From: Mobula hypostoma
Taxonomy: Eukaryota
DNA: 64,000 bases
Reading direction: 5' to 3'
NCBI RefSeq assembly: GCF_963921235.1
Contig: NC_086108.1
Coordinates: 33,978,001-34,042,000, forward strand
Both the position numbers and the translations under genes were made by a program. This document shows positions 36,691 through 49,839 of this stretch, piece by piece (position 1 is the first letter of the stretch; every line of letters begins with the position of its first letter). The notes below the pieces were generated by a model that saw nothing but the letters and a program-made list of their open reading frames with translations, made no database searches and was not told the origin of the DNA.

Positions 36691-37979
36691 AGTTTGACTT
36701 ATTATAAGGTATGATTTCTCTATCCATTATTTCTTCTATGTTACAATGATTTGTAAATATTAATTGTGAGATTATTGTACCTCCTGACAGAAATTCTGCT
36801 GGGAAACAGTAAGGAACAAAAATTCTTTGCTGCGGTTTCCTTGTTGATTTCAAAAGGTCTCAGAATTTTAGTGCTCTCAGGACAGGTTACTGTTTTATGT
36901 GCGTCATTTATTTCCAGTAATCCTGTTGCAATATTCAAATATTAACGATATCACTTCATTCTCTGCAGTTTATTTCCTTTATAAACTCCTTTAAAATGAC
37001 AGGAAGTCAAGTTAACAATTAATCCTTCAACGCAAAGGAAAATATACTAAACAAATAAACAGAGTTAATTGAATCTAATATTATGTCAATAACTTATTAC
37101 TAATTTAAAACTCATAGGTGATTGGCATTGTACATCTAGTATGAATATTTCATGAAAAGCAGTTACATTGCTTTTACCGCTGCAGTTTGATGGTTTAATA
37201 TTCTTCTAACTGCTGTTTATGTAAACAATGAAATAATTGGATGGAATTATATAAATAATGTATTTTGAAGCCTTGGGAAGGCAGGAATGTCCTCTGAGCA
37301 TTTTCTAATCACACGCCATCTGCTTATATAAATAACAAAATTCTTGTGTATCAAAGTGCTTCCACTGCTAATGCCAACACAACACGGCATTACCACATTC
37401 CACTGAGACACTTGAGGCCAATCTTAACCACACAGAACAGGGATACTATGTATCACAGGCAATATTTCAGTAGCATACTTTTGCTATCTTGTAGTCCTGT
37501 TAACTAATGGAAATCGAAATCCTACAGATGTTGAAGAAGCAAATAAAGCTGGAATCTCTTAGCAGGTTAAGCAGCATCTATAGGAGTTGAAATACAGTTA
37601 ATGTTTTAGTTCAAAGACCCCTTGTTAGAACTGGCCCTGTTAACCGGTCCAGATAAGGTGATAAGACCATAAAACACAGGAGCAAAATGATGCCATTCAG
37701 CCCATTGGCTCTGCTTTGCCATTCATATCATGGCTGATTTGTTTTCCCTCTCATCCGCATTTGCCTGCCTTTTCCCCATAACCTTTGATGATGTTACTAA
37801 TCAAGAACCTATCAATATCCACTTTAAATCTACCCAATGACTTGGCCTCCACAGCCATTCAGGGGCCATAACCCAAAATTTCAAATGTCCGTTCTCTAAT
37901 TTGATTCTGCCTGAATTGTTGATTCCTCCAGTGTTTGTGTGTTGTTATTAACCAATTTGGTTTGACCGTACTGGAGAAG

Positions 37980-39508
37980 AAATAGGCTGGAGAAGAATGA
38001 GTCTGATAGGAGAGAAGATTGGACCACAGGAGAAAAGGAAGGAGGAGGGGCACCAAGGGGAGGTGACAAGAAGAGAAGAGGTAAGAAGGAGGCCAGAGTG
38101 AGGAATTGAAGAAGAGGGAAGGAGGAGGGGGAAAATTAACAGAAGTTGCAGAAATTGATGTCCATGCCATCAGGTTGGAGGCTACCCAGATGGAATTTGA
38201 GGCGTTGCTCCTCCAGCCTGTGAGTGACCTCATTATGGCAGAACAGGAGGCCATGGACCAACATGTCGGAATGGGATTGGGGATCGGAATTTAAATAGTT
38301 GGGCACCTGAAAATCCTGCTTATTGTGGATGGAACAAAAATGCTTGACAAGCCGGTTTCCCAATCTATGTTGGATCTCATTGAGAGCACCAGGTACAGTA
38401 GATGGCCCCAACAGATTCACTGGTGAAGTGTTACCTCACCTGAAAGAACTGTTTGGGACCCTGAATAAGAGGTGAGGTAGGAGGTGTAGCACTTCTTCCA
38501 CTTACTGTACAATGATGAGTGCCAGAAGGGAGATTAATAGGGAGGGATGAATGGACAAGGGAATCATAGGTGGAGTGATCCCTGCAGAAAGCAGAGAGTG
38601 GTGGGGGGGGGGGAGGTAAAGATGTATTTGGTGGTATGGGCCTGTTGAAGATGGTGGAAGTTGCGGAGAACGATATGCTGGATACATAGGCTCATGAGGT
38701 GGTAGGTAAAGATGAGAGGAATTCTATCTTTATAAAGGCGATGGTAAGATGGGGTGAGGCCAGATGTTCGGGAAATGGAAGAGGTGCAGGTGAGAGTTGT
38801 TTCAATAGTGGAGAATGGGAAACCTCATTCTTTGAAGAAGGAGGACTTCTCTAATGTCCTGGAAAGGAAAGCCACAACCTGGGAACAGATGCAGTGGAGA
38901 TGAAGGAACTGAGACATTTTTACAGGAGACGGGGGGAGTATAGTCAAGGTAGCCATGGGAGACGAAAGGTTTATTAAAAGATATCGGTAGACATTTGTCT
39001 CCAGAGATGGAGACAGAGAGATTGAGAAAGCGGACAGAGGTTTCAGAAATGGACCAAGTGAATTTAAGAACAGGGTGAAAGTTAGAGGCAAAGTTGATGA
39101 AATTGACGAGCTCAGCGTGGGTGCATGAAGCAGCACCAATGCAGTTGTCAACGTAGCGCAGGAAGTTGGGGAGCATTACCAGGAAGGCTTGGAACATGGA
39201 CTGTGCCATGTAGCCAATGAAACACAGGCATTGCTGGGGCCAATGGCTACATCTTGAGTTTGGAGAAAGTGGGAGGAGCCAAAAGAGAAATTGTTTAGTG
39301 TGAGTACCAGTTCCGCCAGATGGAGGAGGGTGGTCTTGGTGGGGAATTGGTTGGGTCTATTGTCGAGAAAGAAGTGGGAAGCTTTAAGGTTTTGATAGGG
39401 GATAGAAGTGTATAGGGACTGGACATCCATGGTGAAAATGAGGTGATCAGGGCCATTTAATTGAAAGTTGTTGAGGAGATTGAGAACATGTGAAATGTCA
39501 GGGATGTA
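37980..39508 (-). mobile_element. Penelope-like element, 3' half (RT + GIY-YIG relic)
   Basis: MDVQSLYTSIP, VLTLNNFSF, FLRYVDNCIG and HRLGNRLVKHFCSI translations. Confidence 0.85.
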
Positions 39509-39574
39509 TAGTACAGTGCAAAAGTCTTAAGCACATACATATAGCTAGGTGCCTAAGACCCTCGCACAATACTG
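39509..39574. mobile_element. Tiny palindromic Tc1/mariner-type MITE
   Basis: tagtacagtgcaaaagtcttaagcac...gtgcctaagaccctcgcacaatactg, flanked by TA on both sides. Confidence 0.75.
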
Positions 39575-39589
39575 TACATGTGACTTAAA

Positions 39590-40350
39590 ACACAAGTGAT
39601 TCTGGAGACACTGGAAATCCAGAGCAAAACACACAATGCTGAAGGAACTCAGCAGGTTAGGCAGCATCTATGCAAATGAATAAATAGTTGACATTTTGGG
39701 CCTAGACCCTTTATCAGGACTGGAAAGGATGGGTGAAAAAGTGACAATAAGGCAGCTGGGGAAGGAGTAGGAGTACAAGCTGGTAGGTGATAGGTGAAGC
39801 CAAGTGGGTGAGGGAGGGAGTTGAAGCAAGAAGCTGGGAGGTGATAGGTGAAGCCAGGTGGGTGAGGGAGGGAGTTGAAGCAAGAAGCTGGGAGGTGATA
39901 AGTGAAGCCAGGTGGGTGAGGGAGGGAGCTGAAGCAAGAAGCTGGGAGGTGATAGGTGAAGCCAGGTGGGTGAGGGAGGGAGCTGAAGCAAGAAGCTGGG
40001 AAGTGATAGGTGGAAAAGGAAAAGGGCTGGAGAAGAAGGAATCTGATAGGAGAGGAGAGTGGACCATGAGAGGAGGGGAAGGTGGATAAGCACTAGGGGA
40101 GGTGATAAGCAGCTGAGGAGAATGGAAGAAATAAGGGGGGGGCAGAATGGAAAATTGAAGATAAGAGCATGGGGAAAAATTACAGGATGTTGCAGAAATT
40201 GATGTTCATGCTATTAGGTTGGAGGCTAATCAGATGGATATGAAATGTTGCTCTTCCAACCTGACAGTGACCTCATTGTGGTGGTAGAGGAGACCATGAC
40301 CAACATACTACAATGCAAATGGGGACTGGAATTAAAAAGTTTGGCCACTG
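39590..40350 (-). mobile_element. Penelope pLTR/3' fragment with a 54-bp tandem array (39780-40010)
   Basis: About four copies of ggtgataggtgaagccaggtgggtgagggagggag(t/c)tgaagcaagaagctggga; hammerhead-like core at 39685-39722. Confidence 0.8.
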
Positions 40351-40379
40351 GGAAATCCATCTCTCTGATGAGAGATCAG

Positions 40380-41831
40380 TGACAGCCTCCTTCACTGTTC
40401 CCCTTCTGTGATTTCTGCTGTTTTACGACTCTTCGATCATGTGCTTGCCCAGACATGTTACCACAGCCATGTATCTTTCCTGGGAATTTAGGCCTCCCAG
40501 TTTGAACCCACTGATGATCCCAGGAACCTATGTTCAATTAACTGCTTCTTCTGCCACTTCTCCCATTGAATTCTATGCGCCACCCTCTTGGCCATGTAGA
40601 GATACCTGCAGGACCTGTCCCTGACTCAGTCTCTCACACAGCTCTGGCTGCACTCTCCACTGTCTGCCATGAACCTCTCTGACATTTCATCTCGCACTGG
40701 ATCCTGCAGATCTTCATCCGCAGGCTCTTTTCCTTCCTCATGTTTAGAAAGGATCAGAAGATTGTCCATCTCCTGACCATGGCCTCTGCTGCCTCCTGCT
40801 TGGACTTTGACTTGACCATATGACTCTAAACTGCAGATCCCGCCATTTTGAACTCTGGTTCCAATGACCCCCAATGCCTCAGTCTGCGAAAAGACCTTTC
40901 ACATTGCTGCTGGTCCCCGGACTCTCCTTCCCCCACCACTGCTCCCCAACCCCGGAGTTTCCTGTCACCTCTTGTGTGCTCAGAGCCTCCATCTTCCTTC
41001 CACCTTACCTTCTGTGGTCTGCAACCCTACCCTCTCTTCAGAAGATACCAACTCTCTTCTTTCCCCCCACTTCCACTCTGATCCCAGCTCTATTCCCTGC
41101 CGTGACTTCACCATTACCTCCCGCTCTCTGAGGCAAAACCTTCTTATTTTTCCTCTCTGAGTCAAAAAAGTTCTTACCCGAAGGACCGTATCTTTGTCTC
41201 CCTTTGCCTACACCTCAGTGAGTTCCACACCCACCACGATGTCGAGCTTTTCATCAGTCACCTCCATCTCTGAGCCCATTTCTTGGGCAGAGATGATCAT
41301 TTCTCCCATCTCCAACCCTCCTCCTCTTCTTGGACACCTTGCTCTGGTTTTCTGCCTGCTCTGGATCTCTTCATCTCTAACTGCCAATGAGACATCAACC
41401 ATCTCATCTTCAGCACTCCTCTCTCCCCTTCAAAACTTAACCCTTCTGAATGCACTCCCTTCCACTCTCTCCACACCAATCCCAATCTCACCATCAACGC
41501 ATAGACCAAGGGTGAGAGTTGTAGTTTGGTGGAATGGCCTCTACCTTGCTGAGGCCAGGCAACAACTCTCAGACAGCTCCTCTTCACTCAGAACCATTAG
41601 GACATAGTCTCAGACACTATTAAGATCTTCATCAACTCTAGAAATCTCCCATCCACTTCCATCAACCTCATAGTCACCTTACTCCCATTGCTCATTTCTA
41701 CCTCCTACCAAAGATCCACAAACCTGACTGTCCAGGTATGGCCATTGTTTCTGCCTGCTCCTGCCCACTGAACTTGTATCTGTATACCTCATTTCCATTT
41801 TATCCTCCTTGTTTCAGTCCCTTCCCACCTA
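40380..41831 (+). mobile_element. Penelope-like element, 5' half
   Basis: C/T-rich strand; FYLLPKIHKPDCPG and IVSACSCPTEL-like motifs; ends SLPT at a TA followed by a MITE. Confidence 0.8.
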
Positions 41832-42975
41832 CAGTACTGAGCAAAAGTCTTAGGCACATATATATAAAACAGGAGCAAAGAGTAGGGATTAATGGGTCCT
41901 TTTCAGAATGGCAGGCAGTGACTAGTTGGGTACCACAAGGCTTGGTGCTGGGACCGCAGATATTTACAATATACATTAATGATTTAGATGAAGGGATTAA
42001 AAGTAACATTAGCAAATTTGCAGATGACACAAAGCTGGGTGGCAGTGTGAAATGTGAGGAGGATGTTATGAGAATGTAGGGTGACTTGGACAGGTTGGGT
42101 GAGTGGGCAGATGCATGGCAGATGCAGTTTAATGTGGATAAATGTGAGGTTATCCACTTTGGTGGCAAGAGCAGGAAGGCAGATTACTATCTGAATGGTG
42201 GTAAGTTAGGAAAAGGGGAAGTGCAACGAGATCTAGGTGTCCTTGTTCATCAGTCACTGAAAGTAAGCATGCAGGTACAGCAGGCAGTGAAGAAAGCTAA
42301 TGGCATATTGGTCTTCATAACAACGGGAGTTGAGTATAGGAGCAAAGAGGTCCTTCTGCAGTTGTACAGGGCCCTGGTGAGACCACACCTGGAGTATTGT
42401 GTACAGTTTTGGTCTCCAAATTTGAGGAAGGACATTCTAGCTGTTGAGGGAGTGCAGCGTAGGTTCATGAGGTTAATTCCCGGGATGGCGGGACTGTCAT
42501 ATGTTGAATGATTGGAGCAACTGGGGTTGTATACACTGGAATTTCGAAGTATGAGAGGGGATCTAATTGAAACATATAAGATTATTAAGGGATTGGACAA
42601 GCTAGAGGCAGGAAAAAGGTTCCCGATGTTGGGGGAGTCCAGAACTAGAGGCCACAGTTTAAGAATAAGGGGTAGACAATTTAGAACAGAGTTGAGGAAA
42701 AACTTTTTCACACAGAGGGTTGTGGTTCTGTGGAATGCTCTGCCTCAGAAGGCAGTGGAGGCCAATTCTCTGGATTCTTTCAAGAAAGAGTTAGATAGAG
42801 CTCTTAAAGATAGCAGAGTGAAGGGATATGGGGAGAAGGCAGGAAAAGGGTACTGATTGTGGATGATCAGCCATGATCACAGTGAGTGGTGGTGCTGGCT
42901 TGAAGGGCTGAATGGCCTACTCCTGCACCTATTGTCTATTGTCTATATAGCTCGGGAATCTAAGACTTTGTGCCT
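41832..42975. mobile_element. Second copy of the tiny Tc1-type MITE, split by a CR1
   Basis: Left half cagtactgagcaaaagtcttaggcacatatatata; degenerate right half tatatagctcgggaatctaagacttt at 42944. Confidence 0.7.
41867..42945 (+). mobile_element. 5'-truncated CR1
   Basis: QRVGING, FADD and EYCVQFWSP motifs; (CTATTGT)n tail. Confidence 0.92.
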
Positions 42976-44968
42976 CGGTTTAACCACTACTGTCTGTCCT
43001 GTCTGCCTTGCCCTCTGCATGACGCAATTCACATGCCCTTAAACTATATGGTCAATTCAGAAGTGCTAAGGACTGGTGTCATTTTGACTGGGACATTCCA
43101 GCTTTTTTTACTATAGTATTTTGGATGAGTCATAATGACAGGAACATAGAAAATAGTGAGCATGGAAGGAATCCATCTGACTCATCACATTCATCCTGAC
43201 CGTTCAGTTAGTTCCACTTCTCTACCTTTTTATCCAAAGTCCTGCTATTTGTTTCCTTAAAACCCTCAACAAGTTCCCTTTCAAATAGCTCAACTGAATC
43301 TGCCTGCATTACACCCCTTGACACAGCATCACTATAATGAGTTTTATGCCCAAGATTGAGAAGGCAAGGATGCATTGGAAGATAAAGAAGCTTTAAAGTC
43401 TCAAATCTGCCTTTGTCCTTCTTTTCAATTGTGCACTCCAAGTACCTAAGAAAACAATTAAGCAAATTAATACCTATTAATCTAGGTATTTCTGAAAATG
43501 TAATCTAGGGGCCTAATGAAGGTAATAATGGAAAATGGGTGTTGAGCTGGGAATTGGTAATTAACCCTTGGACCTGTGATCTCATGGAGGAAGCAGAGAA
43601 AATTTGTGTGGTGACCTTATCAACGTGATTTCAGCAGTGGAAGCCATAATAGTGCAACCACAGGGCCCAATTTTGCCATACCTATTGCCAAGAGCTGCAG
43701 CCAGCTGGTGAACCAAACAGCCACTGTGGCTCTGGATTCTAGCCCTCAGTGCCTCTGAAAGATGTGAGAAAACTCCAAAGATCTGTCTTTCATCCTGACA
43801 ACTATGGAGGTGCTTTTTGGATTGCCAGTGCCTCTGTCAGCATAAATCCATTGTCCCGTCGTAAGCTGATAATAATCATGCTTCCAGTTGGCAGGCTGCT
43901 TAGTGACCTAACCTTGTTGGAAGGCAGAATGCTGTCCATTGCTGCAGTCGCCAGTACAAAATCTGTCTTCCACTCATGTCTAATCTCTCTCAGATTTCAT
44001 TTCCTTCTAATGCAAGTTTAGATTGCTGTCATGCAATCTCCAGCTGCTGTAGCTCTACATACTGGTCCTCAAAGAGATTTAGTGAGTTTCAGAAAACTCC
44101 TCATCTGCTACAATTGCAGGATCAGGCTAAAATCTGCAGCATATAGATACAACTGCAACTCTCCTTCAAGAATTCCCAGGCACTACAGTTAGACAAACAT
44201 CATACTCCACCAACTTTCTCACCCAATAAATTACCACTGTCCATGAGTCTAAATAGCAGTAATTGGTGACTACACCAAGGATACGTAACAAGATACGTCT
44301 TCTTTGCATGCAGCTAGACTCACTTTTTCTTTTCTTTCTTTAACAGATGACTCCAGACGCAGTACAAATATACATGTGCACATTGCACACAAAGTTCCAT
44401 CTGAGCTGGCAACCACATAAAGAAATAACTGGTATTAACGTGATCAATCTCAATGCCTCAGTGCCTTAATATTAGGCAATTATTTCCCATCACATGGAAA
44501 GAACCATCAACTCAGCAATTGTCACAGATGAGTTAAACTATCCACTTGCTTTCTAATCCCTGCAATAAATGGTTCTCTCTTATTGTGTGGAACAGAGGTC
44601 ACAAAATATGATTATGAATTCAATAGCCTATCCTGGAAGAGAAAAAATAATGACAGGTAGCAACACTTTATCTTATTTAGTGCACAGCTAAACAGTACAA
44701 AAAAACAAAAGGCTTGCAGGGCTTAATTCAATAGTCCCTGAAAATGGATTGTAACGGCCAAATAACACACAGACGAGGCTGGAAATAAAGAAACCATGTG
44801 CTGCAAGCACATAATGTACCTACATGCAGCAAACACTAACCTGGATGTTTGCTTCATGTGGTCCACAAAGTGAGTTCTCCACTTCTTGATGCTATCCTTT
44901 ATCTCTTAAAGGGGATGTCCAAACAATGACAAACAAGAGAAAATCTGCAGATGCTGGAAATCCAAGCA

Positions 44969-45102
44969 ACACACACAAAGTGCTGGAGGAACTCAGCAGG
45001 CCAGGCAGCATCAATGGAAAAAAGTACAGTCGAAGGGTCTTGGCCCGAAACGTCGACAGTTGCTGCCTGGCCTGCTGAGTTCCTCCAGCACTTTGTGTGT
45101 GT
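44969..45102. repeat. Perfect 42-bp inverted repeat formed by two Penelope pLTR ends
   Basis: 44969-45010 is the exact reverse complement of 45061-45102. Confidence 0.92.
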
Positions 45103-46740
45103 CCAAACATTCAGCTGAGCTGCTGTTACCAGTTTTTTTTTAATCTATCGTTATCTGCCAGAGTGCCAGGTGAACTTGCTGACTTTGGGAAGTGCCTTCA
45201 GATTTGTCAAAGGTTGCATCTCATTACCAACATCTGGAACTAGCTATGTTTTGACACTTTGCTTTAAGATGCACATGGACTAGCGAGTTGGAACAAAGAA
45301 AAAGTGATTGGGTTAGAGACAATTCTCACCATTAACTGGGTAATGCAAGAGAAATGTAACCAGTGCTCCTCAGAGTCACGGTTAATTTGATTTCTTTTGA
45401 GTGGATCTTTCAAACTGTTTTATGACTTTCACTGCAGCTACAATTTCTCTGCTCGAAACAGATGTTGTAATTGAGGTGAAAATCATGAAACATTTTGTAA
45501 TAGAATATTTATTCTGCATTCTCTTCAAGTTTTCCTGGGTGCTGTCTTTTTTAAATAAAAAGAGCAGCAGAAAACAAATTTAGATATTATCTGAAAATAT
45601 AACCTCGTGCACTGTGGTTTTCCAGTGCCTGCACAATCTGAAAAGGATTGTTTTCCTTTCCCTTTTCATTCAAACTAAAAAAAAAAATCTCCATCTGGGT
45701 GGGGAAATTAATGGATGCCTGGAAAGGTTTAACTTTACATGTGAAAAAAACAACTGGGTCAATTGAAGCAAGAAATAATTGATCTGAAAACTGCAAGCAC
45801 TGAGAAATGGATCAAAGGTTATATATATTCCAGAGACTGGACTCACTTTCTAATGGCCTCTGCTTGATCACAATCATCAAAGCCATATTTGCAAAGACAC
45901 TATGTCATGCTGCATTATTTTGACAATGTCAATTCCCAGCAGTGATTGTGCAGATAATGATACATTACCTTAACACCAACAAATTGACAACCTTATGTTC
46001 TGACTTCAGTAGAGATATTACAAATCAAGCCCATAATTTCCTATTAAGTGAACTTTGATATCCTACCAGATGGCCATTGAAAATGTCCCTAATAGAACAA
46101 TAAATGAAATTTATCAAGTAAGACGTGCAATCCAAATCTGAGCTCAAATGTGGTTTATTTCTCTGCTCTTTTTAAAAAGTAAATTAAAGTAATGTCCTAT
46201 CTACCTCAAAACCCTACAGGGAAAAGAGGACTGATCTGGCACCCAGTCTACCATCCTGAATGTTCACTTCCTCTATGATTAGTCCTATATGGCTAAAAGC
46301 CAAGACCACTCCCAAGCCCATGACTACTACTGTCTCAAAGGACAAGGACAGTAGGAAAACAGAAGCACCTTCAGGTGCAGGTTCCCTTGTAAGTCACATA
46401 TTCTTGAGATGGAAACACTTCACCTTTCCACCATACTTGCAAGCTCTAATTCCTGGAATTCCCAATCTACCTACAGTTTGGGTAAAGCTTCACCCAAAGG
46501 AATGCAATGGTTCAAGATGACTTACCACACTTTCTCAAGAGCGATTAGAAATGGACAATGAATGCTCTCATTCAATTACTGAAACAAAATCTTTCTAGTG
46601 GTACTTTTAGTCTATAATCCTAACCTACCTGAAACCCAATGTGTTACTTACATGCCCATTGTATTATAGGTGAATTTCCTGCAGTAGTCAAACCTTATCC
46701 CAATTTACATAATTCAATTCTTATTAATCTTATTAATTAA

Positions 46741-47420
46741 AAAGAGTGGTGAATCAGTGGAATTCATTGCTGCAGATTGCTGTGGAGCCCAAGTTATTGG
46801 GTATATTTAAGGCAGAGGTTTAAAAGTTCTTGATTAGTCAGAACATTAAGAGATCCAGGGAGAAATCAGGATCTTGGGGCTGAGAAGAAAAGCGGATCAG
46901 CTATGATGAAATGGCGGAGCAGACTAGATGGGTCAAATGGCCTAATTCTGCTCCTATATCTTAAGGTCTTAATCAAAGATTTCAAGTCAGTAGTCCTGTT
47001 AATGAAACAAGTCATTAAAATGATGCAGGAGCTAAGCTTACATCCAAAGGAGCCAGCATTTAGAGTCTATCAAATATTGAAAGGCCTGGATAGAGAGGAC
47101 ATGGAGAGGATATTTCCAATAATGGATGAGTCTAGGACAAGAAGGCACAGCCTCAGAATGCAAGGACATCCGTTTAGAACAGCGAGGAGGAGGAATTCAT
47201 TTAGCTCGAGGGTGGACAATTTTGTAGAATTCAGTGCACATGGCTATAGAGGTCAAGTCATTGGGTATATTTAAAGTGGAGGTTGATAGGTTCTTGATTA
47301 GTAAGGCCATTAAAGGTTATGGGGAGAAAGCAGCAGAATGGAGTTGAGAGGGATAATAAATCAGTCATGATCCAATGGTGGACCAGACTCAATGTGACAA
47401 ATGGCTCAACTCCAGTTCCT
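46741..47420 (+). mobile_element. Two CR1 3' fragments (46741-46970, 47060-47420)
   Basis: ILKGLDR..ESRTRRHSL translation and CR1 3' UTRs. Confidence 0.8.
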
Positions 47421-47699
47421 ACAGTATGTCTTATGGTCTTTAAATTCTGCCCTTATCTCCACTACTGAGATGTCTTTGGGGGATCTGAATCATCATGAGT
47501 TCAGAGCTCATTAGTATTGAGCACCTTTCAATACACTTCAATAGATGTAGGAAAAGCCAAAAAAACAACTGTGTCAGAAGACTCTGAATTATCCATCAGG
47601 ATGGAGAATAAGTGTAAGTGAATAAGAGGTTGGCAATTTTTACTTACCTGATATGCTCCTGTCTGATTTTCAATTTCTGACACTAAAAATTTACTCAAA

Positions 47700-48815
47700 A
47701 TTTGAAGTTCAAAGTTCATGAAAGACAGCACTCAACAGAATGAGCAAACAACCAATGCACAAAAGACAACATACTGTGCAAACACAAAACAAACAAACAA
47801 AATTATCATAAATAAATAAGCAATAAATAGTGAAAACATGAGGAAGAGTCCTTGGAAGTGAGACCGTAGGTTGTGGGAACTGTTCAGTTAAGGGGTGAGT
47901 GAGGTTGAGTGAAATCATCCCCTCTGGTTCAGGAGCTGATGGTTGAGGGGTGATCATTGTTTCTGAACGTGCTGGTATGGGATCTGAGACTCCTGTGCCT
48001 TTTTCCTGATGGAAGCAGTCAGAAGAGAGTGGCCTGAATGGTGGGAGAGCCTTGATGATGGATGCCGATTTCTTGTGACTACACTCCATGTAGATATACT
48101 CAATGTAGGGAAGACTTTACCCAAGATGGGCTGAGCTGTATCCATTACTTTTTGTGGGATTTTCCATTCAAGAGCATTGGTGTTTCCGTACGAGGACATA
48201 ATGCAACCAGTCAATATACTCTCCATCACACAACTATAGAAGTTTGTCAAAGTTTTAGAAGTCATGCCAAATGCCAAGGCATTGCTAAGGTTTCTTCATG
48301 ATGGCACTTACGTGCTGGATCCAGGACAGATCCTCTGAAATGATAACATCGAAGAATTTAAAATTGCTGACCTCGTCCACCTCTGATCCACTGATGAGGA
48401 CTGGCTCATGGACCTCCTCCTGAAGTCTATAATCCTCCTTGGACTTGTTGAATTTGAGTAAGAGGTTGTTGTTGTGGTGCCACTCATCCAGATTCTCAAT
48501 CTCCCTCCCAGACTGAATGCTGATGTGTCAACACCTCTGATCTGGTCAACGACAGCGGTGTCACCAGAAAACTTAAATATGGCATTGAAGCTGTGCTAAG
48601 CATCATAGTCATAAGTATGAAGAGAATAGAGCAGGGGGCTAGGCACACAGCCTTTTGGTGCACCTGTGCTGGTGGAGATTGAGGAGATGTTGATGCCAAT
48701 CTGAACAGACTGGGGTCTGCAAATAAGGAAATTAAGGATCCAATTGCTCAAGGAGGTATTGAGGCCAATGTCCTGAAGCAGATTGATTAGTTTTGAGGGG
48801 GTGACAGTATTGAAT
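47700..48815 (-). mobile_element. Rex1-like LINE fragment
   Basis: LTNFYSCVMESILTGCI translation; same 3' tail as the 15891 copy. Confidence 0.82.
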
Positions 48816-48919
48816 TATTCACAAAGTATTGAATTGATAGAAACCTTTATGAAATAGCTTTCCAATAGCCAAGTGACCTGAAAAATCGAGATTTAGAAAA
48901 TTGTGTCCAATGTAATTGA

Positions 48920-49825
48920 CCATAAGACAATAAGACCATAATACATAAGAGCAGAATTAAACCATTCGGCCCATTAAGCCTGCTCTGTAATATCATCAAC
49001 ACCACTCTCCTGCCTTCTCTGTGTATACATTAATGCCCTTACTCATCAAGAACCTATCAACCTCTCCTTCAAATATACTTAATGACTTGTTCTCCACAGC
49101 AGTTTGTGGTAATAAATTCCACAGATTCACCACCATCAGGCTAAAGAAATTTCTCCTCATCTCTGTTCTAAAAGGATGTTCATGTATTCTAAGACTAGCC
49201 TTCTGGTCCTGGACACCCCTATTACAGGAAACATCAGCTCCATGTCCACTCTATCTAGGCCAGGGGTGGCCAACCTTTTACATTCCATGCATCAATTTTT
49301 TCATGCATGAGTTCTGATGCGATTTTTTCACGCACGAGTTCTATATTAACATATTTTTACAAGAATTGAATGGGAGTACAAGAGTTGTATGGTGCATATA
49401 ACTCGTGAGTGAAAAAATTGATGCATGGAATGTAAAAGGTTGGCCATCCCTGATCTAGGCTGTTCAATATCAGTAGGTTTTAATGAGATCCCCCCCCCTC
49501 CCACCATTACTCATTCTTCTAAACTCCAGCGAGTACAGGTCCAGATCCATCAAATGCTTCTCATACATGAATCCTTTCAGCCCTGGGATCGTTCTCATGA
49601 ACTCCTCCGGGTACTCTAAAGGCTAGCACATCCTGTCTTAGATAAAGGGCCCAAAACCACTCATAATATACCGTGCAGTCTGACCCATGGCTTACAAAGT
49701 CTCAGCATTACATTCTTGTTTTTATATTCTAGTCCTCTCGAAATGAATGCAGACATTGCACCTGCCTTCATCGCCAACTCAAAATGCAAGTTAAGCTTTA
49801 GAGAATCCTGCACAAGGACTCTGAA
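48920..49825 (-). mobile_element. CR1 3' fragment
   Basis: (tcttatgg)-type tail and the end of ORF2. Confidence 0.8.
49261..49452. mobile_element. hAT MITE (192 bp)
   Basis: ~50-bp TIRs caggggtggccaacc / ggttggccatccctg; perfect 8-bp TSD ATCTAGGC. Confidence 0.93.
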
Positions 49826-49839
49826 CTTCTTTTAGTTCA

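Noticed and set aside
39668..40093. Repetitive ORFs in three frames
   Set aside because: Translations of the 54-bp tandem array in a Penelope pLTR.
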